Assembly: GCA_046484325.1 (NCBI GenBank)
Contig: JAWOJB010000025.1
Location: 4,333 to 68,332, forward strand
Reading direction: 5' to 3'
DNA: 64,000 bases
From: Acidimicrobiia bacterium
GTDB lineage: Bacteria; Actinomycetota; Acidimicrobiia; Spongiisociales; ZC4RG35
Shown: one piece after another, positions 1 through 9,793 of the stretch
How positions within the stretch are numbered: position 1 is the stretch's first letter
How the letters are laid out: each line of letters starts with the position of its first letter
Notes under the pieces: model-generated
What the model was told of the DNA's origin: nothing
What the model saw: only the letters and a program-made list of their open reading frames with translations
The model's database searches: none
Position numbers and translations under genes: made by a program

Positions 1-747
1 GCCACGCGGTTTCGGAGGGGGGTGGGCGATGTGGCAGCGACGGGGCCGGTGGCCGCGACCATCGTCTCCCCGGTGCTCGGCTGGCTCGCCGGGGTGGGCT
101 CGTACCGGGCCGTATACCTGGCGCTGGCGGGGGTCTCGGCCCTCGCGCTGGTGCTGCCGGTCGACGTCCAGGCCCGGCCGCGGGTGGGCGGCCTGGTCAG
201 CCCCTCCCGCTCGAACCGGGTCCTGCTGCTGGCGCTGGCCCTGCTCACGTGCTTCGGCTCGAGCGTCTTCGTGTTCGGGGCGGCGGCCGGGGCCCAGGTA
301 GCCGGGCTGGGCCCGGTGGCGGTGTCGCTCGGGTTCAGCTTCAACGCCCTCGCCGGGGTCGCCGCCACCCGCCGCAACGCCCGTCCGGGCTCGGGAGGAT
401 GGTGGATGATCGGGACGGCGGTGTCGGCGCTGGCAGTTGCCATCGTGCCGAACGGCGTCGTGTTCATCCTCGCCATGGGGCTGTGGGGCTACTCGTTCTG
501 GATCGGGCTCCCCGAGGTCCTGCGCCTCATAGCCGCCCGGTCGCTGCGCCCCGACGAGCGGGTGGGCGACGCCCACTCGCTGATGGCGGTCGGGAGAGTC
601 GCCGGACCGGCGGTGGGCGGGTTCGCCCTCGGGGACGGCCGGTTCGCCCTGCTGGGCATCGTGGGGAGCTCGGGATTGCTGGCCGCCTCACTCGTGGTGG
701 CGGCGGTAGAGCGCCACCGGCTCGCAACACCCGCCGCCGTCGAATGA
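1..747 (+). CDS. Polytopic membrane protein, probably the C-terminal part of an MFS-type transporter; 5' end lies outside the window
   Basis: ORF 22..747 stays open in the same frame back to position 1. Translation is a series of hydrophobic helices (VLGWLAGVGSYRAVYLALAG, VFILAMGLWGYSFWIG) separated by short Arg-rich loops. Confidence 0.5.
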   Translation, partial: ATRFRRGVGDVAATGPVAATIVSPVLGWLAGVGSYRAVYLALAGVSALALVLPVDVQARPRVGGLVSPSRSNRVLLLALALLTCFGSSVFVFGAAAGAQVAGLGPVAVSLGFSFNALAGVAATRRNARPGSGGWWMIGTAVSALAVAIVPNGVVFILAMGLWGYSFWIGLPEVLRLIAARSLRPDERVGDAHSLMAVGRVAGPAVGGFALGDGRFALLGIVGSSGLLAASLVVAAVERHRLATPAAVE

Positions 748-751
748 CCCG

Positions 752-1013
752 CTATAGCGACAGGACCCCCTCGACCGCCTCCATCCGGCGAAGACGGCCG
801 GCCGTCACCTCGGAGGTGCCGTCGAGGAGCGCCCGGGTGGCCTCGAGGACGTGGGAGATGGGGTAGATGCGCACCTGGGGGTCAGGCCGTCGAACCGTTG
901 CGGATCCCGACCACCTCGCGACCCCGGGCGGCGGCGAGGCGGGTGACCGCCCACACCGCCGTGTTCATGCCCGGCGCGTCGCCGCCCGAAGTCAGCACCG
1001 CGATGGCATGCAT
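752..1013 (-). pseudogene. pfkA: Remnant of 6-phosphofructokinase. The N-terminal ~43 codons are intact, followed by a stop; a short possibly C-terminal piece lies in another frame.
   Basis: Minus-strand ATG at 1013 gives [43 protein letters not shown], then TGA at 882-884. GGDAPGMN is the PFK-family phosphate-binding signature. A 1-nt shift restores RFDGL (the G-[YF]-x-GL motif). Another frame reads VRIYPISHVLEATRALLDG... to TAG at 752-754. About 260 internal codons are absent. Confidence 0.55.
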
Positions 1014-1030
1014 CGGATCCCTTCGGCCGG

Positions 1031-2239
1031 ATGGGCGATGGTACCGTCGGCACCCTGCGCCGAACCCTCCTCCTCGCCGCCGCCGCGCTCGTGGCTGCCT
1101 GCGTCCCGGCGGCCGACGGCCCGGGTGCCGGGGCGTTGCTGGTTTCCGAGAAAGGGCGGGGAGCGGCGATCGTCCTCCCGGACGGCTCGAGCCGCACGGT
1201 GTTACGCGATGCCGACGGATCGACCGGCCCCCTCCAACCCACGGCCTCCCCGGATGGGACGGCGGTCGCCTGGACCGAGACCGGACCGTCCGTGGCGGTG
1301 TGGCACGACGGGGAGGTCACCCGCGTCCCCATCCCCTTCGCGCCCTTCTTCTACCTCTGGCGCCCGGACGGCAGCTCGCTCGTCGCCCTCGGCAACGACC
1401 CCGACCAGCCCGCCGTGGCGGCGGCCCTCATCGAACCCACCGGGGTATCGACCGTGCTGGCGTCGGGTGCGCCCTTCTACCTCGACTGGCATCCCAGCCG
1501 TCCCGAGCTGGCGGTCAACCGGAACGGGTCAGAGCTGCTCAGGCTCGGCCTCGACGGCTCGGTGGAGCCGCTCGGGCCCACCCCCGGCCGGTTCCAGGCC
1601 CCGGCCTACACCCGCGCCGGGGACCTGTTCGTCCTGACGGGCCCCTTCGGCGGTGGGACGACCGCCTCGCTGGTGGCGGTCGGCACCGCCCAGGCGGAGC
1701 GTGGTGAGCTGGTCCTGATCGCCGCCGGTGGCGGACCGCCCCAGGTGCTGTTGGAGGTCCCGGGGGCGGCCGCCTTCGTCCCCACACCGGACGGCTCGCG
1801 CGTGGCGGTGGCCGAACTCGCCGGCAGCCGGAGCCTGGAGGGCCGGCTCGTCGTCGTCACCGTGGACGATGGCGAGACCGTCGAGCTCGCCGACTCCCGC
1901 ACGGTGCTGATGGACTGGAGCCCCGATGGGACGAGGCTGCTGTACGCCGTGGTCGAGCCTGATGAAGGCGTGATGGTCCCCTTCGTCTGGGACGGAGCCG
2001 AGTCGACCGAGTACCCGTCCTACCGGCCAACGCCGACGTTCGTCGCCGAGTACCTGCCGTTCTGGGACCAGTACGAGCGGTCGCTCACGCTGTGGTCGCC
2101 CCGCAGCGACGCCTTCGCCTATGCGGCCCTCGTCGGCGAGGAGGGCCGGGTCTTCGTCCAATCGCTCGACGACCCCGCTCCGACCGACGTCGCCCCCGGG
2201 TTGTTCGTATCGTGGATCCCGGGCGACCAGGAGGGATGA
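1031..2239 (+). CDS. TolB-like beta-propeller lipoprotein (PD40/WD40-like repeats)
   Basis: 402-aa ORF. Signal peptide with lipobox LVAAC. Repeated SPDG/RPDG/TPDGS propeller-type motifs. Its stop overlaps the next gene's start (ATGA at 2236-2239). Confidence 0.7.
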   Translation: MGDGTVGTLRRTLLLAAAALVAACVPAADGPGAGALLVSEKGRGAAIVLPDGSSRTVLRDADGSTGPLQPTASPDGTAVAWTETGPSVAVWHDGEVTRVPIPFAPFFYLWRPDGSSLVALGNDPDQPAVAAALIEPTGVSTVLASGAPFYLDWHPSRPELAVNRNGSELLRLGLDGSVEPLGPTPGRFQAPAYTRAGDLFVLTGPFGGGTTASLVAVGTAQAERGELVLIAAGGGPPQVLLEVPGAAAFVPTPDGSRVAVAELAGSRSLEGRLVVVTVDDGETVELADSRTVLMDWSPDGTRLLYAVVEPDEGVMVPFVWDGAESTEYPSYRPTPTFVAEYLPFWDQYERSLTLWSPRSDAFAYAALVGEEGRVFVQSLDDPAPTDVAPGLFVSWIPGDQEG

Positions 2240-4179
2240 GGGTGCAGGCGACGGCCGAGTGGATGTGGGGGATCCCCCGGGTGGGTGGGCCCGAGCCCGC
2301 GGGGGCGGGGAGGATCGTGGTGCCGGTCACCACCTACGACCTTGCCGAGAACGCCGGGCGGACCCGGCTCTGGGCGGTCGATGAGCACGGGGGCGAACCC
2401 GTGGCCGTCACCCGCCCCGACGCCGACGCCACCGCTCCGGCGGTGTCGCCCGACCGCACCCGGCTAGCCTTCCTCCGCAAGGTCGACGCGACCGCCCAGG
2501 TGCACGTGATGCGACTCGACGGAGGCGAGCCGGAGGCCGTCACCGACCTCCCTCTCGGGGCACTCGGGGCGCGATGGCTACCAGACGGATCGGGCCTCGT
2601 GATGCCGGCGCCGGTGCTCCGGGACCACCCCGCGCTCGATGACACCCGGGCCGAGCTGGAACGTCGCAAGGCATCGAAGGTCACCGCCCACACGACCGAG
2701 GACGCCGTCTACCGGTACTGGAGCGAGTGGCTGACGGGTGGCGAGATACCCCACATCTTCCATCTCGACCTGGGCACCGGCGAGCTGCGCGACCTCACGC
2801 CCGGCTGGACGGGGTGGTGGACCTGGCCCTCGACCGGGGATCCGCTCGACCATCTCGACGTCTCCCCCGACGGCTCCGAGGTGGCGTTCTCCGCCGACTT
2901 CTCCGAACCACCTCATCGCCTGCTCCGGTGGGGGGTCTTCACGGTTCCGCTGGCCGGAGGGGAGGTGCGGTGCCTGACCTCCGAGCTCGAATGGCACGCC
3001 ATCCGACCCCGGTACGCGCCCGACGGGGAGACGATCGTCTACGGCCTCCAAAGGATCCCCGACTTCTACGCCGACCGGATCCGCCTGGTGCGGTACGACC
3101 GCGGCTCCCACGAGCACGCGGTGCTCACCGAGGAGTGGGACCACTCGGCCGATGCCTGGTCCTTCGCCGGGGACCGCATCGTCCTCCTCGCCGAAGAGCG
3201 CGGTCGCACCCCGCTGTGGGAGGTGGGAGTCGAGGGTGGGATTCCTGTCAGAGTGGCCGTGTCGGGGACACTCAGGAAGCCGGTGGTGGGCGACGACGGC
3301 ACCATCTACGCCCTCGGTGCATCGCTGTCGGCGCCCCCCGAGGTGGTCGGCATCCGCGAGGGCGCGGCTCGGCGGGTCACCTCCTTCACCGCCGGGGCGC
3401 TCGCCGGATGGGAACCGGCGCCCACCGAGGAGATCGAGGTCACCGGTCACGAGGGGCGACCGGTGCAGGTGCTCCTGCTGCGGCCGCCGGGCCCGGCCCC
3501 CTACCCCCTCGTCCACCTGGTGCATGGCGGGCCCCACGGCGCCTTCGGCGACGACTGGCACTGGCGGTGGAACGCCCAGGTGTTCGCCGGGGCGGGCCAC
3601 GCGGTCGCCATGGTCAACTTCCACGGCTCGACCGGGTTCGGCCAGGTCTTCGCCGAATCCATCCAGGGCAGGTGGGGCGACCAGCCGTATGCCGACGTCG
3701 AGGCCGCCACCGATCACCTCGTCTCGATCGGAGTAGCCGACCCGGCCCGGATGGCGGTGACCGGCGGCTCGTACGGCGGATACCTCGCGGCGTGGATCAC
3801 CTCTCAGACCGATCGCTATGCCTGCGCGGTGGCCCACGCCGCCGTCACCGACCTCGTCGGGATGTACGCGTCCGACGTCATCTCCGACCAGCGCCGGGCC
3901 TTCGGCGCCGAGGTGTTCGAGGATCTGGAGCGCGTGCAGCGGTGGAACCCGGCCGCCCATGCAGCCGGGTTCGCAACTCCGACGCTCGTGATCCACGGAG
4001 AGCGTGATTTCAGGGTCCCGGTCACGCAGGGGCTGGCGCTCTACGGGTTGCTCCAGTCCAAGGGGGTGCCGGCCCGGCTCGTGCACTACCCAGACGAGCA
4101 CCATTGGATCCTCTCGCCGGCCAACTCGCTGCACTGGTACGGCGAGGTGCTCGGCTGGCTGGACCGGCACCTCACGTGA
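2236..4179 (+). CDS. S9 family serine peptidase (prolyl oligopeptidase / acylaminoacyl-peptidase type)
   Basis: In-frame ATG at 2236 within track ORF 2092..4179. N-terminal propeller region with SPDG repeats. C-terminal alpha/beta-hydrolase domain with nucleophile motif GGSYGGY, then GERDFRVP and YPDEHHW (Asp/His of the triad). Confidence 0.85.
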   Translation: MRVQATAEWMWGIPRVGGPEPAGAGRIVVPVTTYDLAENAGRTRLWAVDEHGGEPVAVTRPDADATAPAVSPDRTRLAFLRKVDATAQVHVMRLDGGEPEAVTDLPLGALGARWLPDGSGLVMPAPVLRDHPALDDTRAELERRKASKVTAHTTEDAVYRYWSEWLTGGEIPHIFHLDLGTGELRDLTPGWTGWWTWPSTGDPLDHLDVSPDGSEVAFSADFSEPPHRLLRWGVFTVPLAGGEVRCLTSELEWHAIRPRYAPDGETIVYGLQRIPDFYADRIRLVRYDRGSHEHAVLTEEWDHSADAWSFAGDRIVLLAEERGRTPLWEVGVEGGIPVRVAVSGTLRKPVVGDDGTIYALGASLSAPPEVVGIREGAARRVTSFTAGALAGWEPAPTEEIEVTGHEGRPVQVLLLRPPGPAPYPLVHLVHGGPHGAFGDDWHWRWNAQVFAGAGHAVAMVNFHGSTGFGQVFAESIQGRWGDQPYADVEAATDHLVSIGVADPARMAVTGGSYGGYLAAWITSQTDRYACAVAHAAVTDLVGMYASDVISDQRRAFGAEVFEDLERVQRWNPAAHAAGFATPTLVIHGERDFRVPVTQGLALYGLLQSKGVPARLVHYPDEHHWILSPANSLHWYGEVLGWLDRHLT

Positions 4180-4184
4180 TCCGG

Positions 4185-4220
4185 CGTCTTAGGCACCGAG
4201 ACGCGCGTAAGACGATTTTG
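4185..4220 (+). terminator. Weak hairpin plus short T-run downstream of the peptidase gene
   Basis: CGTCTTA (4185-4191) pairs with TAAGACG (4208-4214). An alternative GCGTCT/AGACGC stem is possible. Followed by ATTTTG. The stem is short and the loop is large. Confidence 0.25.
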
Positions 4221-4228
4221 TCATTCGC

Positions 4229-4873
4229 ATGCGCCCGGTCGTGATCCTGGCGGGCGGCGAGCCCGTGGCTGCTGGCGTTCTCTCCGATCTGCCCGATGAT
4301 GCCTGGGTGATCGCGGCAGACTCGGGTCTCGACCAGGCCCTGGCACTGGGCCTCGACGTCCACTTGAGGGTCGGGGATTTCGACTCCGCTTCGCCCGAGG
4401 CCATGCACGCCTACCGGCATGTCCCCGAGGAGCGATGGCCGGCCGACAAGGACGCCACCGACCTCGAGATCGCCATGCAGGGCGCGGTTCTCCACGGGGC
4501 CGAGCGGATCGTCGTGGTCGGCGGTCACGGGCGGCGGCTCGACCACCATCTCGGGAATGCATCCCTCCTCGCCTCCCCCGACTTCGCCGGGATCGACGTG
4601 GAGTGGCTGGCGGGCGACGCCCGGGTCCACGTGGTGCACGTCGCCGTCGAGCTGCACGGGAGCGCCGGCGACGTCGTCAGCCTCATCCCGGCCGGTGGTG
4701 ACGCCGTGCAGGTGAACACCGAGGGGCTCCGCTGGGAGCTCGCCGACGCCATCCTGCCGTTCGGAACCAGCCGAGGGATCAGCAACGAGCTGGCCCGACC
4801 GGTGGCGAGGGTGCGCCTCGGCGCCGGCACCCTGCTCGTCGTGCTGCCGGGTCAGGTGGGCACCGACCCCTGA
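4229..4873 (+). CDS. thiN: Thiamine pyrophosphokinase
   Basis: 214-aa ORF with VGDFDS and DKDATDLE motifs typical of TPK. Size fits the family. Confidence 0.8.
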   Translation: MRPVVILAGGEPVAAGVLSDLPDDAWVIAADSGLDQALALGLDVHLRVGDFDSASPEAMHAYRHVPEERWPADKDATDLEIAMQGAVLHGAERIVVVGGHGRRLDHHLGNASLLASPDFAGIDVEWLAGDARVHVVHVAVELHGSAGDVVSLIPAGGDAVQVNTEGLRWELADAILPFGTSRGISNELARPVARVRLGAGTLLVVLPGQVGTDP

Positions 4874-5835
4874 CCGATCTGCCGGTCGGGATCGACCGGC
4901 GCGGGCATCGGGTCCCCGGCCAGGCCGGCGATCAGGTTGTCGACCGCCAGGCGGGCCATGGCCCCCCGGGTCGTCCGGCTGGCCGATCCCAGGTGGGGGA
5001 CGATGAGGCAGTTGGCCATCCCGACGAGCGGGTGATCGGGAGGGATCGGCTCGGGCTCGGTGACGTCGAGCGCAGCCCGCCCGATCCATCCCTCGGCGAG
5101 CGCCAGGGCCAGGGCGTGGTGGTCGACGAGCGGCCCTCGCGAGACGTTGACCAGCGTGGCATCCCGACGCATGCGCTGGAGGGCCCGCTTGTCGATGAGG
5201 TGGTGGGTCGCCGGGGTGAGGGGAGCGGTGAGCACGACGTGGTCCGCCTCGGCCAGCAGGTCGTCGAGGCTGCGGTAGGCGATGCCGAACCGGCCCTCCA
5301 GCTGCGGCTTGCGGGCGCGAGAGGTGTAGAGGAGACGCATCCGGAACCCCGCCGCCCGCAGGGCCAGCGCCGTGCCGATCCGCCCGAGGCCCACGATCCC
5401 CAGGGTCGTGCCGTGCAGGTCGCCGCCCAGCAGGAAGTCGGGATCCCACTCCCCCCACCGGCCCTCGCGCACCGCAGCGCAGCCCTCGGGGAGCCGGCGG
5501 ACGGCGGCGGCGAGCAGGGCGAACGCGGTGTCGGCGGTGGTCTCGGTGAGGACGTCGGGGGTGTGACCCACCGGGATGCCGCGGGCCCGGCAGGCGCCGA
5601 TGTCGATGTTGTCCACCCCGACCGCCATCTGGGAGACCACCCGGAGACGAGGAGCGGCCGCTAGCTCCGTCTCGCCGATCGGCTCGGTGAGCATGCAGAG
5701 CAGGCCCTCGGCCACCGCCAGGCGTTCCATCAGTTCGTCGCGAGGGATCGGGCCGGCCCCCTCCCACTGATCGACCTCGTGCGCGGCGGCGAGGCGATCG
5801 AGCTCGGCCTGGTCGATCCGTCGTGTGACGAGCAC
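4852..5835 (-). CDS. D-isomer-specific 2-hydroxyacid dehydrogenase (glyoxylate/hydroxypyruvate reductase-like)
   Basis: C-terminal 327 codons of track ORF 4852..6561. GTG at 5835 lies 8 nt after a GGAGG. NAD fold GIVGLGRIGTALA. Motifs NVSRGPLVD, DVTEPEP and PHLGSAS. Confidence 0.85.
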   Translation of the reverse strand: MLVTRRIDQAELDRLAAAHEVDQWEGAGPIPRDELMERLAVAEGLLCMLTEPIGETELAAAPRLRVVSQMAVGVDNIDIGACRARGIPVGHTPDVLTETTADTAFALLAAAVRRLPEGCAAVREGRWGEWDPDFLLGGDLHGTTLGIVGLGRIGTALALRAAGFRMRLLYTSRARKPQLEGRFGIAYRSLDDLLAEADHVVLTAPLTPATHHLIDKRALQRMRRDATLVNVSRGPLVDHHALALALAEGWIGRAALDVTEPEPIPPDHPLVGMANCLIVPHLGSASRTTRGAMARLAVDNLIAGLAGDPMPAPVDPDRQIGQGSVPT

Positions 5836-5889
5836 CGGGGCCACCTCCGAAGGGTAGAGCAAGCGGCGATTCCCGGTAGCCTCCCGACC

Positions 5890-6687
5890 ATGGGACGCCT
5901 CGGCGCCGCCTTCGTCGCCCTCCTCCTCGCCGCCTGCTCGCCTGCCACCCTGGCGGAGGTCGTCCCCATCCCGGCGCCGACGACGGCCCCGGCCCCGGAA
6001 TCTCCTGCACCCGATGCCCCCGCTCCCCCGGCCGTGGAGGTGGCTACCGCCGCCCCCGCCCCGGTCACCGCCGAATCGTTGCCGGTCGGATGGACCCTGG
6101 CGGCCAAGACCGGCGACGAGCTGGCCGTCCGGGTGTTCCCGGGGGCGCCGTTCGTCTCCCGCACCATTCCCGCCGCCACGATCCTCGGCACCCGCACCGT
6201 GGTTCGGGTGCTGGAAGGGCCGCGCGATGGTTGGGCGCGGGTGTCCCTGCCCGGGCGTCCCAACGGGGGCACCGGTTGGGTGGTCGCCTCGGAGCTCGAG
6301 CTCTTCGAGGTCGACCGGGCCGTGCTGGTCGAGCTGGGAGAGTTCCGCCTCACCGTGACGGTCGCCGGCGAGCCGGTGCTGACCACCCCGGTGGCCGTCG
6401 GTAGTCCCCGGAACCCCACCCCCACCGGCGAGTTCTACGTCACCGACGTGGTCGACACCGGCAACCCTGGGGGACCGTGGGGGCCGCATGCATTCGGGCT
6501 CTCGGCGCGGTCGGACACGATCACCGAGTTCAACGGCGGCGACGGGATCATCGCCGTCCACGGCACCAACCGCCCGAGCTCGATCGGCGGCGCCGCGTCG
6601 CTCGGATGCGTACGCGTGCCGAACGAGATCTCGATGGCACTGGCCGAGCTGCTGGTGCCGGGGGTGCCGGTCACCATCGTCCCGTGA
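5890..6687 (+). CDS. L,D-transpeptidase (YkuD domain) lipoprotein
   Basis: In-frame ATG at 5890 gives MGRLGAAFVALLLAACSP (lipobox). Pro/Ala-rich linker. Catalytic motif HGTNRPSSIGGAASLGCVRV. Confidence 0.8.
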   Translation: MGRLGAAFVALLLAACSPATLAEVVPIPAPTTAPAPESPAPDAPAPPAVEVATAAPAPVTAESLPVGWTLAAKTGDELAVRVFPGAPFVSRTIPAATILGTRTVVRVLEGPRDGWARVSLPGRPNGGTGWVVASELELFEVDRAVLVELGEFRLTVTVAGEPVLTTPVAVGSPRNPTPTGEFYVTDVVDTGNPGGPWGPHAFGLSARSDTITEFNGGDGIIAVHGTNRPSSIGGAASLGCVRVPNEISMALAELLVPGVPVTIVP

Positions 6688-6690
6688 CGA

Positions 6691-7899
6691 TCAGCTCCTG
6701 GGCACGTCCTTCCAGGCCAGCTCCTTGTCCACCCGGGGCTCACCGGGGAGGCCGAGCACCCGCTCGCCCAGGATGTTCCGCATGATCTCCGAGGTCCCGC
6801 CCTCGATCGAGTTGGCCCGGGAACGCAGGAAGGACATCTGGGCCGTGCGCCGGCCCAGCCCGGCCCGATCCGGACGGCGCAGCTCGAAGGTCTCCGGGTA
6901 GAGCATCCCTCCGGCACCCATCAGGTCCACGGCGAATTCGTAGGCCCGCTTGTTCAGGTCGGCCCAGTGGAGCTTGGCCGTCGCACCCTCCGGCCCCGGT
7001 GTGCCCCGGCTCCGCAGCTCGGAGGCCCGCAGATTGGTGAGGCGCAGCGCCTCCGCCTCGACCCAGAGCCGCATGAGCCGGTCACGCCACGCCGGGCCCC
7101 TGTCGCCCCCCGCCTTCCATGCCTCGACGGCCGCCGCGATCGCCCCGCTCCCCCGAGGCGCCACCCCCGAGCCGATCGCCACCCGCTCGTTCATGAGGGT
7201 GGCGATCGCCACCCTCCAGCCGTCGCCGACCGCCCCGACCCGGTTGGCGTCGGGAACCCTGGCGTCGATGAAGTAGACCTCGTTGAACTCCGCCTCCCCC
7301 GTGATCTGGCGGAGGGGACGGACCTCGACTCCCGGCTGGCGCATGTCGACGATGAAGTAGGTGAGGCCGTCGTGCTTGGGCACGTCGGGGTCGGTGCGGA
7401 CCACCAGCATCCCCCACCGGGCCTCGTGGGCGAGGGTGGTCCAGACCTTCTGGCCGTTGACCACCCACTCGTCCCCGTCCCGTACCGCCCGGCCGGCCAG
7501 CGCGGCCAGGTCCGAGCCGGCCCCCGGCTCACTGAACAGCTGGCACCAGATCTCCTCGCACGTGAAGATCGGCCGCAGCCAACGGTCCTGCTGATCCTCG
7601 GTGCCGTGCGCCATGAGGACCGGCGCTCCCATCCCCCATCCGAGGATGTTCCGCAGCCGGTTGTCGAACGGTGCCCCGGCCGCCATGAGCATCGCATCGA
7701 CCTCGGCCTGCACCGATGGCGCCACGCCGAGCCCTCCTCTCCCCTCGGGGAAGTGCATCCATGCCAGACCGAGGTCGAACTGGGCGCCCCAGAACTCGGT
7801 GTCGGGGGTGGCGGCCGGAGGGTGCTCGTCGAGGAGCCGGCCGAGGCGCTCCGCGATCGCGGCGGGGAGGGCGTCGTCGGCACCGGTCACCCCGGACAC
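6691..7899 (-). CDS. fadE: Acyl-CoA dehydrogenase
   Basis: 402-aa ORF with FSEPGAGSDLA, WVVNGQKVWTT and the C-terminal EGGTSEIMRNILGE pattern of the ACAD family. Confidence 0.85.
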   Translation of the reverse strand: MSGVTGADDALPAAIAERLGRLLDEHPPAATPDTEFWGAQFDLGLAWMHFPEGRGGLGVAPSVQAEVDAMLMAAGAPFDNRLRNILGWGMGAPVLMAHGTEDQQDRWLRPIFTCEEIWCQLFSEPGAGSDLAALAGRAVRDGDEWVVNGQKVWTTLAHEARWGMLVVRTDPDVPKHDGLTYFIVDMRQPGVEVRPLRQITGEAEFNEVYFIDARVPDANRVGAVGDGWRVAIATLMNERVAIGSGVAPRGSGAIAAAVEAWKAGGDRGPAWRDRLMRLWVEAEALRLTNLRASELRSRGTPGPEGATAKLHWADLNKRAYEFAVDLMGAGGMLYPETFELRRPDRAGLGRRTAQMSFLRSRANSIEGGTSEIMRNILGERVLGLPGEPRVDKELAWKDVPRS

Positions 7900-7930
7900 G
7901 CTACCGCCCCCGGGGTCGATGGGCCGGCCG

Positions 7931-8833
7931 TCACGCCGTGGTGGGGGCGAACCGGGCCTCGAATCGCTCGGCTCGCTGCAGGATCTGTGCCGGGAGCTGC
8001 ATGAGGCGCTCCTGGTACTCGGCCGCGGCGGCGTCGAGCCCCGTGAGCTCGCCGATCCCCCACTGCTTGAGCAGCGGTTGGATCACCCGGTCGTGGTGGA
8101 TGCGGAGGTTGTAGACCCCGGCTCGGGCGATCTCGACCGATCGGCGCACGAAGCCGGGTATCACCGCCCCCGGCATCTGGAAGTTGGCGAAGGTCCGGTA
8201 GATCCCCTGGAGCATGGCCGACGGAGCCTCTCGCAGCATCGCCTCCATCACCCCCTTGTAGAACACGAAGTGGTGGTTCTCGTCGGCGGCGATCGACCGC
8301 ATCAGCTCGAAAGCGACGGGGTCGTCGGTGATCCTGCCGGCGTTGCGATGGCTGACCCTGGTGGCCAGCTCCTGGGCGGCCGTGTAGGCGAACAGCTCCG
8401 ACGGGTTCTGCGCGTCCAGCTCGTAGCCGGTGGTCATCACCTGGAGCCGGTCGTCCTCGAGCGCCCTGGGATCGCAGTTCCGGGAGACGAGCAGATAGCT
8501 GCGCAGGGCGATGGCGTGCTGGCCCTCCTCGGCCGTCCACAGGTGGTTCCATTCCGCCAGCGCGGAGCCGGCGGGGACGTGGCGCTCGATGGCCGAGTGG
8601 TAGTAGGGGAGGTTGTCCTCGGTCAGGAGGTTGAGGACGAGCGACGTCCTGGCCGCCTCCGAGATGGTGCACTGGGAGACATCCCACGGCTCGGCCACGA
8701 AGTTGCGGCCGCGCTCCCAGGGCACGAGTTCGTGGAAGTACCAGTGGCTGCGGCGTTCTCGGTGCTCCGAGAGGAGGCGCCGGATGTCTCCGTCCACTGC
8801 CTCCAGCAACTCGAATCCCTCGTTGAACGCCAT
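7931..8833 (-). CDS. desA: Soluble diiron acyl-ACP desaturase family protein
   Basis: 300-aa ORF with the two diiron motifs WTAEEGQH and AADENHH and an overall DesA1/DesA2-like layout. Confidence 0.85.
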   Translation of the reverse strand: MAFNEGFELLEAVDGDIRRLLSEHRERRSHWYFHELVPWERGRNFVAEPWDVSQCTISEAARTSLVLNLLTEDNLPYYHSAIERHVPAGSALAEWNHLWTAEEGQHAIALRSYLLVSRNCDPRALEDDRLQVMTTGYELDAQNPSELFAYTAAQELATRVSHRNAGRITDDPVAFELMRSIAADENHHFVFYKGVMEAMLREAPSAMLQGIYRTFANFQMPGAVIPGFVRRSVEIARAGVYNLRIHHDRVIQPLLKQWGIGELTGLDAAAAEYQERLMQLPAQILQRAERFEARFAPTTA

Positions 8834-8938
8834 GGCTGTCTCCTCTGATGGACGGCGTGGTACGAAGCTACTCCGCCGGACGGAGCCGGTGTGGTCGATC
8901 TCCCGCTCTCTCGCACCGCGGCCGGCGGCTCTTCGGGC

Positions 8939-9793
8939 TCAGCGGCGCCACACGGCGGCATTGGAGATGACGGGGGTCTTCCGCTCGAGGGTGTGGGCGG
9001 CGACCACCACCCGGTCTCCGTCGTCCCACATGCGGGTGACGATCGACTCCCCAGGGAACACCACCCCGGCGAACCGCGCCTGGTAGCGGGCCACCGCGCC
9101 CACGTCGCCCCCCAAGGCCCGGTCGACCACCGCCTTGCAGGCGATGCCGTACGAGCAGAGGCCGTGGAGGATCGGCCGGTCGAACCCGCCCATGGCGGCG
9201 AAGGCGGGATCGGCATGCAGCGGGTTCTTGTCCCCCGACAGCCGGTAGAGCAACGCCTGCTGGGGGAGGGTCGGGGAGACCACCTCTAGATCGGGTCCAC
9301 GGTCGGGCGGCTCGTTGGCGGGGCCCGGCCCGGGATCGCCTCCCCAGCCGCCCTCGCCGCGCAAGAAGAGCGACGACCGGTTCGTGAAGAGGACCTCCCC
9401 GTTGCGGGCGTCGCTCGTCACCACCTCGACCACGGCCACCGCCGCCTTCCCCTTGTCGTAGATGGCGGCGATCCTGCCCTCGTGCACGGCCGTCGCCGAC
9501 ACCGGGATGGGCCGGGCGAGCTCGAGGTCCTGCTCGCCGTGGAGCAGAAGCGCCAGGTTCACGTCCATCCCCTCGACTCCGGCCACCCCCATCATCGAGC
9601 CGAAGGGCGGGATCGTGCCGAAGGACGGCAGCACCTTGAGCGCGCCCTCGTAGGTGTAGGCCAGCTCGTTGGGATCGGTGGGGGAGACGCCCGCCCCCAC
9701 CCCCAGGTGGTAGAGGATGACCCGATCCTGATCCCAGGCCGTCTCGATCGCGGGCAGCGCGGCCCCCAGCGCCCGCTGGACGTCGATGGGCAT
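8939..9793 (-). CDS. MaoC-like (R)-specific enoyl-CoA hydratase, double hot-dog (hydratase-2 part of a split MFE-2)
   Basis: In-frame ATG at 9793 (MPIDVQRALG) inside track ORF 8939..10363. Hydratase-2 motif YRLSGDKNPLHADPAFAA. The start overlaps the upstream SDR gene's stop by 1 nt. Confidence 0.8.
   Translation of the reverse strand: MPIDVQRALGAALPAIETAWDQDRVILYHLGVGAGVSPTDPNELAYTYEGALKVLPSFGTIPPFGSMMGVAGVEGMDVNLALLLHGEQDLELARPIPVSATAVHEGRIAAIYDKGKAAVAVVEVVTSDARNGEVLFTNRSSLFLRGEGGWGGDPGPGPANEPPDRGPDLEVVSPTLPQQALLYRLSGDKNPLHADPAFAAMGGFDRPILHGLCSYGIACKAVVDRALGGDVGAVARYQARFAGVVFPGESIVTRMWDDGDRVVVAAHTLERKTPVISNAAVWRR

Noticed and set aside
4180-4228. Possible TPP riboswitch upstream of the thiamine pyrophosphokinase gene
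   Set aside because: The spacer is only about 49 nt and lacks the conserved CUGAGA / ACCUGAUCUGGAUAAUGCCAGCG-type cores. Only a weak hairpin is present.
4172-6010. 612-aa minus-strand ORF overlapping the thiamine pyrophosphokinase and 2-hydroxyacid dehydrogenase loci
   Set aside because: The translation is Arg/Pro/Gly-rich and motif-free. It is out of frame with the well-supported dehydrogenase and antisense to the TPK gene.
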